Shown here: one piece after another, positions 1-9,723 of the stretch
How the letters are laid out: each line of letters begins with the position of its first letter
Numbering within the stretch: the first letter of the stretch is position 1
NCBI GenBank assembly: GCA_964343705.1
Contig: CAYFJX010000005.1
Location: forward strand, 66,791-130,790
Direction of reading: 5' to 3'
DNA: 64,000 nt
Source: an uncultured Methanosarcinales archaeon
Lineage (GTDB): Archaea > Nanobdellota > Nanobdellia > Woesearchaeales > UBA12501
Made by a program: the position numbers and the translations under genes
Notes under the pieces: model-generated
The model's input: the letters and a program-made list of their open reading frames with translations, nothing else
What the model was told of the DNA's origin: nothing
Database searches by the model: none

Positions 1-319
1 AAAATACACTCTTAAAGATGGGGATGTTGTAGAAATTCATCTTAGTTAAAAACGCTTTTTAACTAAGTCAAGTACCATATCAATTTCTTCTTGTAAAATG
101 GGTCTATAGACGTCATTTTCTTCCATGTTTAAGAGGTAATTGGCACTCTTATTTATGCCTTTGGTTAGTTCCTATGGAACAGTTACAAAAACTTGATACT
201 ACTTTTGAAATTAAATATTATTATCCTGGAAAACAGAAAGGTATAAATATGACTGGAGCTTTCAGTTTTTTAGCTTTTAAACAAAACAAGAACTCTATGG
301 TAATAGAGGGGGTAATACA

Positions 320-511
320 ATGGGACAACAAGACATCTATGATTATTTGAAAAATAACCAAGCAGGTTGGTACACTTCTAAAGAACTAAGCAAGGCGCTT
401 GGGATTTCAATTGGCTCAGTTACCATGAGCTTAAAGAAACTTCGAGAAAGTCGAAGTGTTAAGTTTCAGACAACAAAGCGAAATATGTTTAAGTATATGT
501 TTAAGAGGTAA
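320..511 (+). CDS. small winged-HTH-like DNA-binding protein (63 aa)
   Basis: ORF track; basic C-terminal segment 'LSKALGISIGSVTMSLKKLRE' resembles an HTH recognition helix. Weak. Confidence 0.35.
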   Translation: MGQQDIYDYLKNNQAGWYTSKELSKALGISIGSVTMSLKKLRESRSVKFQTTKRNMFKYMFKR

Positions 512-894
512 GATTCTAACTTCTTTGTTCTTTTTTTCTTGTTTTTTTCCACTATTTTCTTTGGATTATTGTTTGATTTTCCGAAACTTTTAAATAGTAT
601 TTTACCTTACTTATTTGCATGGTTGCTGAGAAATTCGAAAACAAAATTGTGAAACAAATAGTACTTACAACTACTACTTCTACTGCATAGACTTTTTGCC
701 ATCCAATTTTCTTGTGATTCTTTTTGGGTCTTGACTCAGGTCTGGTAAACCCTATGAGTCATTTCTTGTTTGGAATCATTATTGGAAGGCCAGGAAAATA
801 GCGACAGAAAAAAATTCATGCTAGTCAGCAGACTAGAAAAAACTAGAAAAACAAACAACAAAAAAATGCAGATATATCTGCGGAGAAGATTACA

Positions 895-1233
895 ATGGAA
901 TCGCACTATGCAAATCCTAGAAGTAAAGAAGAGCATGCTTTGCTTGAACACTTGGTGGAACATCAAAGTATCCCTTTGGATTTCCTACCAAGACTTAACA
1001 AGATCTATGGAGTTCCTTGCCATAGGGATGTACCTGAGGACATATTTGATCGTGTTGACGCTGCTTTGCAAGTAGCAGAACAACATGGGTCCCCTCCTCA
1101 AAAAAGGTTTCACCAGTTGAGAAAGGTCCTCTTGAAAGAGTACTACCCTGGTGATAAAGGGTACCAAGCAGTACAAGGATACTGGGCAGAACAACGAGAA
1201 ATTCTTGCTATGTCTGGTGAGGTGCTTGGATAA
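895..1233 (+). CDS. hypothetical protein (112 aa)
   Basis: ORF with non-repetitive, protein-like composition, sitting upstream of thrS. No recognisable motif. Confidence 0.35.
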   Translation: MESHYANPRSKEEHALLEHLVEHQSIPLDFLPRLNKIYGVPCHRDVPEDIFDRVDAALQVAEQHGSPPQKRFHQLRKVLLKEYYPGDKGYQAVQGYWAEQREILAMSGEVLG

Positions 1234-1369
1234 GTGAAAACAAAGCCATAAGGAGGATGCCACAATAAACTTTTTATAGTATCATGGGTGCACAAGAGCT
1301 AAAGAAACAATTTAACTCATTATAGTGCACCTATGATTTTGCATTGTAGGCAAGACAAGGAGGAATAAA

Positions 1370-3295
1370 ATGACTGACCAAAAAATCACTGTAACACTTC
1401 CCGATGGAAGTACAAAAGAGTATTCTAAAGGAACTACTTGTTTAGAAGTTGCACAATCCATTTCTGAAGGACTTGGGCGGGCAGCATTGTTTGCAAAAGT
1501 TGATGGTAAGACTGCACATTTGAACACCAAACTAACTGAAGATTCAAAAGTTGAACTTATTACATTTCATCAAGAAGAAGGCAAAGATGCCTTAAGACAT
1601 TCTTGTGCTCACCTGTTGGCAGCTTCAGTCTTGGAACTCTATCCAGGCGCACAAAACGCTATAGGTCCTTCAATTAAAGATGGTTTTTATCAAGATTTTG
1701 AACTGCCAAAACCCATATCAGAGGAAGATTTTCCCAAAATTGAAGAAAAGATGCATGAGCTTGCTCAGAGATGGAATGATACCAAAGAAAAAGAAGTTAC
1801 CAGAGAAGAAGCACTTGAACAATTCAAATGGAATAAGTATAAAACAGAACTTATACATGAGTTTAGCAAAGGCGGGAAAAAAATAACGTTCCAAATCACC
1901 GGAGATTTTATTGACCTCTGCAAGGGAGGGCATGTAGATAATGCTGCAAAACATCTTAAATACTTCAAACTGCAATCAGTTGCAGGAGCATACTGGCGTG
2001 GAGATGAAAAAAATATCATGCTGACACGGATCTATGGAACAGCATTCCACAATAAAAGTGATCTAAAAAAGCACTTGCATAACTTGGAAGAAGCAAAAAA
2101 GCGAGATCATAGAAAACTTGGCAAGGAACTTGACTTGTTTAGCTTTAATGAGTTGTCTCCTGGGTCACCATTTTTTCATCCAAAAGGAACCATTATTTAC
2201 CTCACCTTACAAAACTTTCTCAGAGAAAAGTATATGGAATGGGGGTACCAGGAAGTAGTCACTCCTCTTATTTATGGAAAAGGATTATGGGAGCAGTCAG
2301 GGCATTGGAAACTCTACAAAGAAAACATGTTTTGTTTACATATGGATCATAAAGAGGCTTCACTTAAACCTATGAATTGTCCAAGCCATATCCTCATTTT
2401 TAAAACAAAATTGCGTAGTTACCGAGACCTGCCAATTCGTATAGCAGACTTTGCACCACTTCACCGAAATGAACTCAAAGGGGTGCTTGGCGGGCTTACA
2501 AGAGTTCGTAAGTTTTCACAAGATGACTGTCATGTCTTTTGTCGGCAAGATCAAATCAAAGAAGAAATTGGAAAACTTATTCAGAATGTTCGTCATGTCT
2601 ATAAAGAAATATTTAACTTTGATTTTTCTGTTGAACTGAGTACCAAACCTGAAAAAGCATTGGGAGATGCAACTGTTTGGGAAATGGCAGAAGGTGCTCT
2701 TAAAGACGCACTTGAAGAAAACAAAGTGAAATACAAACTCAATCCAGGGGATGGTGCATTTTACGGGCCAAAAATTGATTTTCACATCAAAGACTCACTA
2801 GGGAGATCATGGCAATGTGCAACAGAACAACTTGACTTTCAACAACCAGAACGATTCAAAATTCAGTATGAAGGACAAGACGGTAAAAAGCACAATGTGG
2901 TGATGCTCCACAGGACAGTTATTGGTTCTCTCGAGAGATTTATGGGTATTCTCATTGAACACTTTGCAGGAAAGTTTCCTTTATGGCTTAGTCCAATGCA
3001 AATGCGGATTTTGACAGTGGCGGATAGGCATGAAAAGTATGCGCACAGTGTTGAAAAAGAAATGAAAAAAGTAGGCCTTCGTGTTGAAGTAGATGCCCGT
3101 GCAGAAAGCATAAGCAAAAAAGTACGGGAAGCACAGTTACAGCAGATTAATTACATTCTTGTAGTTGGAGACAAAGAACAGGAAGGAAAAACAGTCACGG
3201 TTCGTACCAGGAATAATGAAGTTATTGGTGCAAAACAGGTTGATGCATTTATAACTCAGCTCTTGAAGGAAATCAAAACCAAGGAAATTAAGTAA
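1370..3295 (+). CDS. thrS: threonyl-tRNA synthetase (TGS + editing + class II core + anticodon-binding)
   Basis: N-terminal TGS-like segment 'ITVTLPDGS'. Conserved ThrRS segments 'HRKLGKELDLF' and 'RDHRKLG', class II motifs, 641 aa. Confidence 0.93.
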   Translation: MTDQKITVTLPDGSTKEYSKGTTCLEVAQSISEGLGRAALFAKVDGKTAHLNTKLTEDSKVELITFHQEEGKDALRHSCAHLLAASVLELYPGAQNAIGPSIKDGFYQDFELPKPISEEDFPKIEEKMHELAQRWNDTKEKEVTREEALEQFKWNKYKTELIHEFSKGGKKITFQITGDFIDLCKGGHVDNAAKHLKYFKLQSVAGAYWRGDEKNIMLTRIYGTAFHNKSDLKKHLHNLEEAKKRDHRKLGKELDLFSFNELSPGSPFFHPKGTIIYLTLQNFLREKYMEWGYQEVVTPLIYGKGLWEQSGHWKLYKENMFCLHMDHKEASLKPMNCPSHILIFKTKLRSYRDLPIRIADFAPLHRNELKGVLGGLTRVRKFSQDDCHVFCRQDQIKEEIGKLIQNVRHVYKEIFNFDFSVELSTKPEKALGDATVWEMAEGALKDALEENKVKYKLNPGDGAFYGPKIDFHIKDSLGRSWQCATEQLDFQQPERFKIQYEGQDGKKHNVVMLHRTVIGSLERFMGILIEHFAGKFPLWLSPMQMRILTVADRHEKYAHSVEKEMKKVGLRVEVDARAESISKKVREAQLQQINYILVVGDKEQEGKTVTVRTRNNEVIGAKQVDAFITQLLKEIKTKEIK

Positions 3296-3328
3296 GGCTT
3301 AAATACTACAACTTTATTCTGGCTCTTC

Positions 3329-4303
3329 ATGGCTAGCCAGAGAAAGGTAAAGGTAAAGCATGTGACTTTGCGTGAGGACATGGTTGATTTTGAGGACCGC
3401 TTAGAACATGCTCTTCTTTGTGAAGAAGCTGCTTTTGCAGGATCAGTTGACGTACCTGAAGATCCTAATGTTCTAGAATTTATGGTACAACATGGCTTTG
3501 TTCGATTGCAATACATTGATGAAGGGGATGGTCCTATGGCTAATGGTGTTCGACAGATGATTAATCTTGGAACAGCCCTGAAGGAATATCCTAAGTTTCT
3601 TATGGGTAAACATTATCTCAGTGTTGATCTTTCAGGAGCACCACTCACAAAAATTCTGATGGAAGAGGAAGATGCCTTTACAGCTGTGCGTGAGTTCACT
3701 GGTGCAAGTGATGATGACATAATGTACCTGCATGGGATTGGCATTGTTGACCAAGGCTTTGGGTATGGCCGAGAGCTTCATGAAAAAAGTCTTAAAGCAC
3801 CAAGGTGGTTGAGAGAAAAAGCACTAGTTCGTTTTGTAGCAGCGACAAAACCAAATGGGGTAGGTAGAACACCAGTTATCAATAAACCCTCCTTGAGTTT
3901 AAACCAGGGTGCACCTGGCACGTTTTACATTATTGATATTGTAGAGCCACCTGTGTATGATGATACAACTGCATACTATGTTTGTGTGCGACCACCGCCT
4001 GGTTGTGTTCGGGGATTTAACTCTTCAAGTCCTGAAAAAAAGATTCGGTTACACAAACCTTATGTGGGAGTTACCATCCATGGAAAAAATCCTGATGGCA
4101 GTAAGGCTGCCGAATGTAAAAGAGTAGCAACCTTCGATCGTCTAAAGGAACTATTTAAGGCAGGGTATGTAGGTGTTGGTTTTGATTTTGAAAATGACAC
4201 CATGTACCTCCGTGAAATAGCTGGTTGGCGACAAGCAGCTTCTGCTCCCCAAGCACTTGCTGGCCAAGTAGAACGGTTTATTAACGGATCCCGGAACCTT
4301 TAA
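3329..4303 (+). CDS. conserved hypothetical protein (324 aa)
   Basis: Long ORF between thrS and deoxyhypusine synthase. Complex composition and no known motif. Sits in a translation-gene cluster. Confidence 0.55.
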   Translation: MASQRKVKVKHVTLREDMVDFEDRLEHALLCEEAAFAGSVDVPEDPNVLEFMVQHGFVRLQYIDEGDGPMANGVRQMINLGTALKEYPKFLMGKHYLSVDLSGAPLTKILMEEEDAFTAVREFTGASDDDIMYLHGIGIVDQGFGYGRELHEKSLKAPRWLREKALVRFVAATKPNGVGRTPVINKPSLSLNQGAPGTFYIIDIVEPPVYDDTTAYYVCVRPPPGCVRGFNSSSPEKKIRLHKPYVGVTIHGKNPDGSKAAECKRVATFDRLKELFKAGYVGVGFDFENDTMYLREIAGWRQAASAPQALAGQVERFINGSRNL

Positions 4304-4328
4304 ATAACAGCCGATTTCTCGTTATTAC

Positions 4329-5570
4329 ATGACTGAAAACCATCCTTGTGGAACACCTAAAAAACAACCAGCAACACGCACTGATCACTCAATGCGTGAT
4401 GGTTTTGAAGACGGCTTTGAACCACTGGCTTCTCTTGATCTTGCAGCATGCACTGACTTTGATGAGCTGGCAAAAGCAATGTCAAAAACAGCATTTGGTG
4501 GTCGAACAGTTGGAGAGGCTGTTGATGTTTTCTATGCAATGCTTACTGACCCTGACTGCTTTGTAGTTCTCTCACTTTCAGGAGCAATGACACCTGCAAA
4601 AATGGGGCTTATCATGTGTGACATGATTGACTTAGGAATGGTTAATGCCATTGTTTCTACTGGTGCACTCATGACTCATGGCTTTGTTGAAGCACAAGGT
4701 ATGTCACACTTCAAATACAAATTTGGACAAATGGATGATCACGAATTATACACAAAGGGGTATGATCGAATTTATGATGTGCTTGAACTTGAAAAGAATC
4801 TTGATGACACAGAATTTATCTTCAGGGAAATTATGAAATGTCTGGATCCTAATGTTGTTTTGTCCAGTCAAAAAATTCTGCAAGAATGTGGCAAGTGGCT
4901 GGTAACAAACACGCAAGGCAGGGGAATTCTCAAAAGTGCTTTTGAAAAAAAAGTGCCAGTGTACGTTCCTGCGTTTACTGATTCTGAAATGGGACTTGAC
5001 TTTGGCATACTCAACATTCGACGAAAAAAACATGGTGAAAAACAATTCCAGTTTAATCCATTCCTTGACCTTGACCATTTTGCCCTGTCAACACAACGAC
5101 AAAAAACAATGGGTATCTTTACCATTGGTGGTGGTGTGCCACGAAACTGGTCACAACAAGTTGCACCCTACATTGATATTATGCAAAAGCGTGTCAAAAA
5201 CGAATGTCCTCAATGTCAAGGTAAGGGGTGTGATGCTTGCGGAGGAAAAGGCTTTCTAAAAGATGTTGGTCAAGGAGTCAATCGTTACAAGTATGGTGTA
5301 AGAATTTGTCCTGAGCCAGTACATTGGGGTGGACTTTCAGGATGTACCTATAGTGAGGGTGTTACCTGGGGAAAATTTGTTCCTGCCAGTGAAGGGGGCA
5401 TGTTTTCAGAGGTCCTGTGTGATGCTACCATTGCTTGGCCACTTATTATGAAGGCTGTAATTGATCGTCTGAAAAAGGAAAACAAGCTTGATTTTGTCAA
5501 GGAAAAACAGCAACGCTTACAAACAAGTATTGCTGATATAGTGCCTGGTGTGACCTCTTTTGATTTTTAA
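4329..5570 (+). CDS. dys: deoxyhypusine synthase with an inserted CxxC-x5-CxxC zinc-ribbon segment
   Basis: Segments align to DHS family: 'LSLSGAMTPAKMGL...VSTGALMTHG', 'VPVYVPAFTDSEMGLDFG', 'GIFTIGGGVPRNW', 'VTWGKF'. Insertion 'CPQCQGKGCDACGGKG'. Confidence 0.8.
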   Translation: MTENHPCGTPKKQPATRTDHSMRDGFEDGFEPLASLDLAACTDFDELAKAMSKTAFGGRTVGEAVDVFYAMLTDPDCFVVLSLSGAMTPAKMGLIMCDMIDLGMVNAIVSTGALMTHGFVEAQGMSHFKYKFGQMDDHELYTKGYDRIYDVLELEKNLDDTEFIFREIMKCLDPNVVLSSQKILQECGKWLVTNTQGRGILKSAFEKKVPVYVPAFTDSEMGLDFGILNIRRKKHGEKQFQFNPFLDLDHFALSTQRQKTMGIFTIGGGVPRNWSQQVAPYIDIMQKRVKNECPQCQGKGCDACGGKGFLKDVGQGVNRYKYGVRICPEPVHWGGLSGCTYSEGVTWGKFVPASEGGMFSEVLCDATIAWPLIMKAVIDRLKKENKLDFVKEKQQRLQTSIADIVPGVTSFDF

Positions 5571-5609
5571 GGCATGACAGGGCAAGATTTATAAAGCAAC
5601 TCTAACTCT

Positions 5610-5963
5610 TTGGTTCTAATGAGCAAGAAAAAGAAAGAACAAGAACTGCTTCAAAAGCAACAGGAAGAAATCCGTAGGATAAAACTTCCTCGAGCTCCTG
5701 AGACATTTGGTGTTGTTGAACAGCGCCTTGGTGGAAGCAGAATGTCAATACGATGCCTGGATGGTCACAAGCGAATTTGTCGGATTCCTGGACGCCTTAA
5801 ACGAAGACTGTGGGTTCGAGAAGGGGACATTGTTATTGTAGAACCATGGGAGTATGACGCTGACAAAAAAGGAGACATTCTTTTCAAATACCGGTTTTCT
5901 CAAGTTGACTGGCTTAAACGTCAGGGAAAACTTAAAGGTCTTGAAGACATGGAAGAATTCTAA
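5610..5963 (+). CDS. eif1a: translation initiation factor aIF-1A (eIF-1A homologue)
   Basis: Typical S1-like eIF-1A sequence 'GVVEQRLGGSRMSIRCLDGHKRICRIPGRLKRRLWVREGDIVIV' and basic N-terminus. Confidence 0.88.
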   Translation: MVLMSKKKKEQELLQKQQEEIRRIKLPRAPETFGVVEQRLGGSRMSIRCLDGHKRICRIPGRLKRRLWVREGDIVIVEPWEYDADKKGDILFKYRFSQVDWLKRQGKLKGLEDMEEF

Positions 5964-5982
5964 TTCTTACTCACTTCTATTA

Positions 5983-6426
5983 TCACTCACTTCTTAACAA
6001 CCACACACCAACAATGAGTGTTCCAACAGTGATGCCTGCATCAGCAAGATTGAAAGTAGGCCAACTAAAAAATTGGATGTAGTCAACAACATGGCCAAGC
6101 AGCACTCGATCAATAAGATTGCTGATTGCTCCACCGGTGATGAGTGCAACTGCTGGTAATAATTTTACAGGAATTTTTTTGAAGTAATACACTATTGCAA
6201 CAAGCACACCCATTGAAAATACAATCAAAAATGCTGTCCATCCTTGAAGCATACCAAAGGCTGCTCCGCTATTTTGTGAGAAAGTGAATGCTAGAACTTT
6301 TGAAATGATAACTTGTGACTTACCAGGAATCCAGGCAGCATCAACAAGCCATTTGAAAAACTGGTCAAGAACACAAAGTACACTCGCAATTGCAATAAAT
6401 ATCCAGGTCTGCTTTTGTAATCGCAT
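5983..6426 (-). CDS. lspA: lipoprotein signal peptidase (signal peptidase II)
   Basis: Four TM segments. Conserved LspA motifs 'NSGAAFG' and 'FSWPTFNLADAGITVG', and 'LIDR'. Confidence 0.82.
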   Translation of the reverse strand: MRLQKQTWIFIAIASVLCVLDQFFKWLVDAAWIPGKSQVIISKVLAFTFSQNSGAAFGMLQGWTAFLIVFSMGVLVAIVYYFKKIPVKLLPAVALITGGAISNLIDRVLLGHVVDYIQFFSWPTFNLADAGITVGTLIVGVWLLRSE

Positions 6427-6429
6427 TAC

Positions 6430-6831
6430 TTACCAGCCTTTGCGTTGCATGCGCTTCATGTCTTCTTCCATGTTTTGCATGCGTAGATTTAGTGATTCAA
6501 TTGCTGCTTTAATAGAATCAAGTTTTGCAGACACAACTTCAAGATCTCTATTGCCCTGCACTGGGGTAGCTGGAGAGGGACTTGGTCGTGCATAGCCTTG
6601 GTGTGGCTCGTCAAGATCAGCTGGTTTTAAATCCTTATAGCCAGTTCCTTGGATTGTTGTGCTTGGTTCACTATGGCTACTTGGGCCGCCAGGGAGCGGG
6701 CCAAGATCAGGAGTTCCTCCTAGTCCAGGGGTTGCATCTTTTCCCAAGCCAAAATCTGATCCTCCTTCAAGTTTACTGTAATCAAAAGAATCTTTCTTTT
6801 TCCAAAATGCTAGTTTGTCCAAAAAGCTCAT
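6430..6831 (-). CDS. hypothetical protein with Gly/Pro-rich low-complexity centre and C-terminal coiled coil
   Basis: ORF abutting lspA on the same strand. C-terminus 'LDSIKAAIESLNLRMQNMEEDMKRMQ' is heptad-like. Confidence 0.45.
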   Translation of the reverse strand: MSFLDKLAFWKKKDSFDYSKLEGGSDFGLGKDATPGLGGTPDLGPLPGGPSSHSEPSTTIQGTGYKDLKPADLDEPHQGYARPSPSPATPVQGNRDLEVVSAKLDSIKAAIESLNLRMQNMEEDMKRMQRKGW

Positions 6832-6851
6832 AGTAATTCCTCCTCTTCTCG

Positions 6852-7718
6852 TTAACCAAGTAAATCATCAATAAATGGCACATTAGTTTTTGAAAGCCAT
6901 TTCATAACACTGGTTGGTATAATCTTAATAACTTTAAACATAAATGTTTCTTCATGCACATCCATGTGGCCATTACCATACGCCTCAAGCAGGAATAAAG
7001 GCCCTTTTTCTTTTGTTGCATCTGAAATAAGCACACCAAACAATGATCCTTTTAACTCTCCTGCACCACCAATTTGCTCAGTGATTTCGCCAAGGTATTG
7101 TTCTTTTGCTTTGTCCTTGTACTCAGGTAAGATGTCATTGTTTTTGATACCTGCAGCAACAACACGGTCAGCATAAATACTTATGGGGTCAGCAGAGTTA
7201 ATAATGGGGAACACATCTTCCAGATTTATGTCTTCACCACCAAATTCTATATAACCTAAAAAATCAAATGCTGGTCGTTTTACAATCATAAGTTTGAAAC
7301 TATCCCCTTTTAACTTGTTTAATTCTCCTCGTTGGAAATATTGGTTGTATTCTTCAATTGTTGCTTGGCTTAAAAATTTTGGTGGGCTTTCAGGTTTAAG
7401 CACACCTATAAATCCAGCTGTGATCTTACCATTATCATTAAGAAGGATTGTTTTTTCTGCATCTGCAAAGTTCTCTTGGAAATTAGCAGTGTCAAGCTGT
7501 AACATAAAACCCACCCCAAAAATAAGCACTGAAAACAAGAGCGATGCAACTCCCATGGGAGTAATCCCTTCTTTAAATAATTTGATTGCACCCAGGACAA
7601 TGGGGATAAGCAGTACAAATATGAGAATAGATCCTATTGTAAGTGCCATGGTGATTCCTCTCTTTTCTGTCAATACTAATGCTTTTTTTCTTTTTAAAGG
7701 TATGGGTTTTAAAGGCAA
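6852..7718 (-). CDS. hypothetical membrane-anchored protein (288 aa)
   Basis: N-terminal TM helices 'ALTIGSILIFVLLIPIVLGAI' and 'ASLLFSVLIFGVGFML', then a soluble domain. Same strand as lspA. Confidence 0.5.
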   Translation of the reverse strand: MPLKPIPLKRKKALVLTEKRGITMALTIGSILIFVLLIPIVLGAIKLFKEGITPMGVASLLFSVLIFGVGFMLQLDTANFQENFADAEKTILLNDNGKITAGFIGVLKPESPPKFLSQATIEEYNQYFQRGELNKLKGDSFKLMIVKRPAFDFLGYIEFGGEDINLEDVFPIINSADPISIYADRVVAAGIKNNDILPEYKDKAKEQYLGEITEQIGGAGELKGSLFGVLISDATKEKGPLFLLEAYGNGHMDVHEETFMFKVIKIIPTSVMKWLSKTNVPFIDDLLG

Positions 7719-7751
7719 AGAGATATAAAGCGGCTCTAGTGACCAGTTGTC

Positions 7752-8483
7752 ATGGCACTCACTGATATCATTGACCCATTACGCACCCTGTGGGGCTCGC
7801 TTCGGAACGCACGTACTAACTGGTCTAAGCAGAATCTTACTCCTGATCTGCATGTTACAACCATCAATGAGGTTACACCTGCTCTCCTTTCCGAGTTGGG
7901 GATTGAAGCACTTATTTGGGATGTTGATTCTACTCTGATGCCACATCATGATCAACAGTTACACGCTGACCTTGCAGGAGCCTACAATGATCTTAAAGAT
8001 TACGAGCAAGTAATTCTTTCAAACTCCAGCATGCGTCGATACAGGGAGCTTGGAACTATCTTCCCTGGTAGGCCTGTTTTAAGGATGTACCATAACAAAG
8101 AAGGCAGAGTTATGTATCAAAAACTTCATAAGGGAAGGTCATATATTGGAATTGATAGTGGTGGCCACACAGAGTTTGCTTATGTTGGCAGTATGGTTCA
8201 TGGGGTTTCAGAAGAAGAACACAATTTAGAAGGGTACAAAAAATTACCCAAACCAGATGAACGATTAATCCAGTATGGTATGCGTGTTATGGATGTGCAT
8301 GATACCAGCAAAGTAGCCATGATTGGTGACCGACGAACAACAGACATAAGTGGGGGTAATCAAGCAGGAGTCTTTACTATTCTTGTTGACCCATTCAAAC
8401 CAGAAGTCGAGAGGCAACGTGCACCATTTGCATTACTTGGAAGAATGGCAGAAAAGTTTCTTGTGTGGTATCACGGCTTATGA
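7752..8483 (+). CDS. HAD-superfamily phosphatase (YqeG/GEP4-like, subfamily IIIA)
   Basis: HAD motif I 'LIWDVDSTL' (DxDxT) and motif IV 'IGDRRTTDISGG'. Confidence 0.65.
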   Translation: MALTDIIDPLRTLWGSLRNARTNWSKQNLTPDLHVTTINEVTPALLSELGIEALIWDVDSTLMPHHDQQLHADLAGAYNDLKDYEQVILSNSSMRRYRELGTIFPGRPVLRMYHNKEGRVMYQKLHKGRSYIGIDSGGHTEFAYVGSMVHGVSEEEHNLEGYKKLPKPDERLIQYGMRVMDVHDTSKVAMIGDRRTTDISGGNQAGVFTILVDPFKPEVERQRAPFALLGRMAEKFLVWYHGL

Positions 8484-8532
8484 TGTTTTGAGTCTAACAA
8501 TCTTTAAATAGTTCTCAACCTTAGGAAGGTTT

Positions 8533-9723
8533 ATGGATTCTGAAACAGTTAGTGCAATTGAACAAAGACGATTTGAAATCGGTCTTTCTGTTTTTAATAT
8601 GGGCACACTTGATGAGAAAGTAGAACATTGTCGTCGACTTGCTCAGACAGGCTTTACCGCGATTCACCTTGATGAGCATGGTGATGAAACATATTCTCTT
8701 GATGAAGTTCGCAGGTTCACTATGGGCTTTCCTATTGACATTCATAACCTGGTGCATCCTGATGTGCGGCCAATGCCAACAAAAGAGGAGCTTGCTGTCT
8801 TGAAAGGGCATGATGTTCGAGCGTACATGTTTCATCCAACACTAGTTGACGATTCAAAGGAACCAACCTTGCGTGAGGATTCAAGAGAATTTGCTGACCG
8901 TGTACAATCTGTTGGTATCAAAGCATTTGCAGTAGTAGATCATGAATCACCTCTTGAGCTTTTGTGGGCGGGATCATACTTGTATGATCCTAACATTTTT
9001 GACGGCATTACGGTCATGACAGTAAAGTATGGTCAGTCAGGACAAGGGTATACTCCAGCAGTTGAAGACTTTATTGCTCAAGTCAGAAAGCGTATGCATC
9101 CCCAACAAAAATTATGGGTTGATGGAGGTATCAGAGACACAACTATTCCATTACATCAGGGTATTGATGGTGTTGTTTCTGCGTCATACTTACTTAAAGC
9201 TGAAGATCCTAAACTTGCATCACAACGTTTGCAGCCAGAAATTGTCATTGCATCTGACCATGCTGGGTATGATCTTAAAAATAATCTTGTTGCCTACTTG
9301 CGAGCTGAAGGAGTGCGTGTTTGGGATCTGGGTTGTTATGAAGAAGTATCTGAACCAGCAACTGATTATCCTCACTACGCAGCAGCTGTGGCTGACGCAG
9401 TAAGCAATTCAATTGATTTGGTGGATGCTGAGGGTCTTTCTTCTGATGAGGCACTCAAAGGCATCCTAGTTTGTGGTTCAGGAATTGGCATGAGTATCAC
9501 AGCAAACAAATTTGATGGCATTCGAGCAGCACTTGTTCAGGATGCGAGAACAGCACGACTTGCAAAAGAACATAATGATGCAAATGTGTTGTGCCTTGGT
9601 CAGCGATACATCACTCCTGACCAAGCATACGCAGCTGTAGATGCGTGGCGAGACGCTTCACATGAAGAAGAACGACACCAGCGACGTGTTGGAAAGATCT
9701 CAGAGATTGAAGCTGGGATTTAA
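8533..9723 (+). CDS. fusion protein: N-terminal ribulose-phosphate 3-epimerase-like TIM barrel + C-terminal ribose-5-phosphate isomerase B (RpiB/LacAB)
   Basis: RPE-like 'ITVMTVKYGQSGQGYTPAVEDFIAQVRK...LWVDGGI'. RpiB 'IVIASDHAGYDLK' and 'ILVCGSGIGMSITANKFDGIRAAL'. Confidence 0.75.
   Translation: MDSETVSAIEQRRFEIGLSVFNMGTLDEKVEHCRRLAQTGFTAIHLDEHGDETYSLDEVRRFTMGFPIDIHNLVHPDVRPMPTKEELAVLKGHDVRAYMFHPTLVDDSKEPTLREDSREFADRVQSVGIKAFAVVDHESPLELLWAGSYLYDPNIFDGITVMTVKYGQSGQGYTPAVEDFIAQVRKRMHPQQKLWVDGGIRDTTIPLHQGIDGVVSASYLLKAEDPKLASQRLQPEIVIASDHAGYDLKNNLVAYLRAEGVRVWDLGCYEEVSEPATDYPHYAAAVADAVSNSIDLVDAEGLSSDEALKGILVCGSGIGMSITANKFDGIRAALVQDARTARLAKEHNDANVLCLGQRYITPDQAYAAVDAWRDASHEEERHQRRVGKISEIEAGI

Noticed and set aside
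736-1075. Overlapping ORFs 736..966(-) and 770..1075(+) in the AT-rich 520..890 region
   Set aside because: Low-complexity and mutually overlapping. They conflict with the better ORF 895..1233. Likely a non-coding promoter region.
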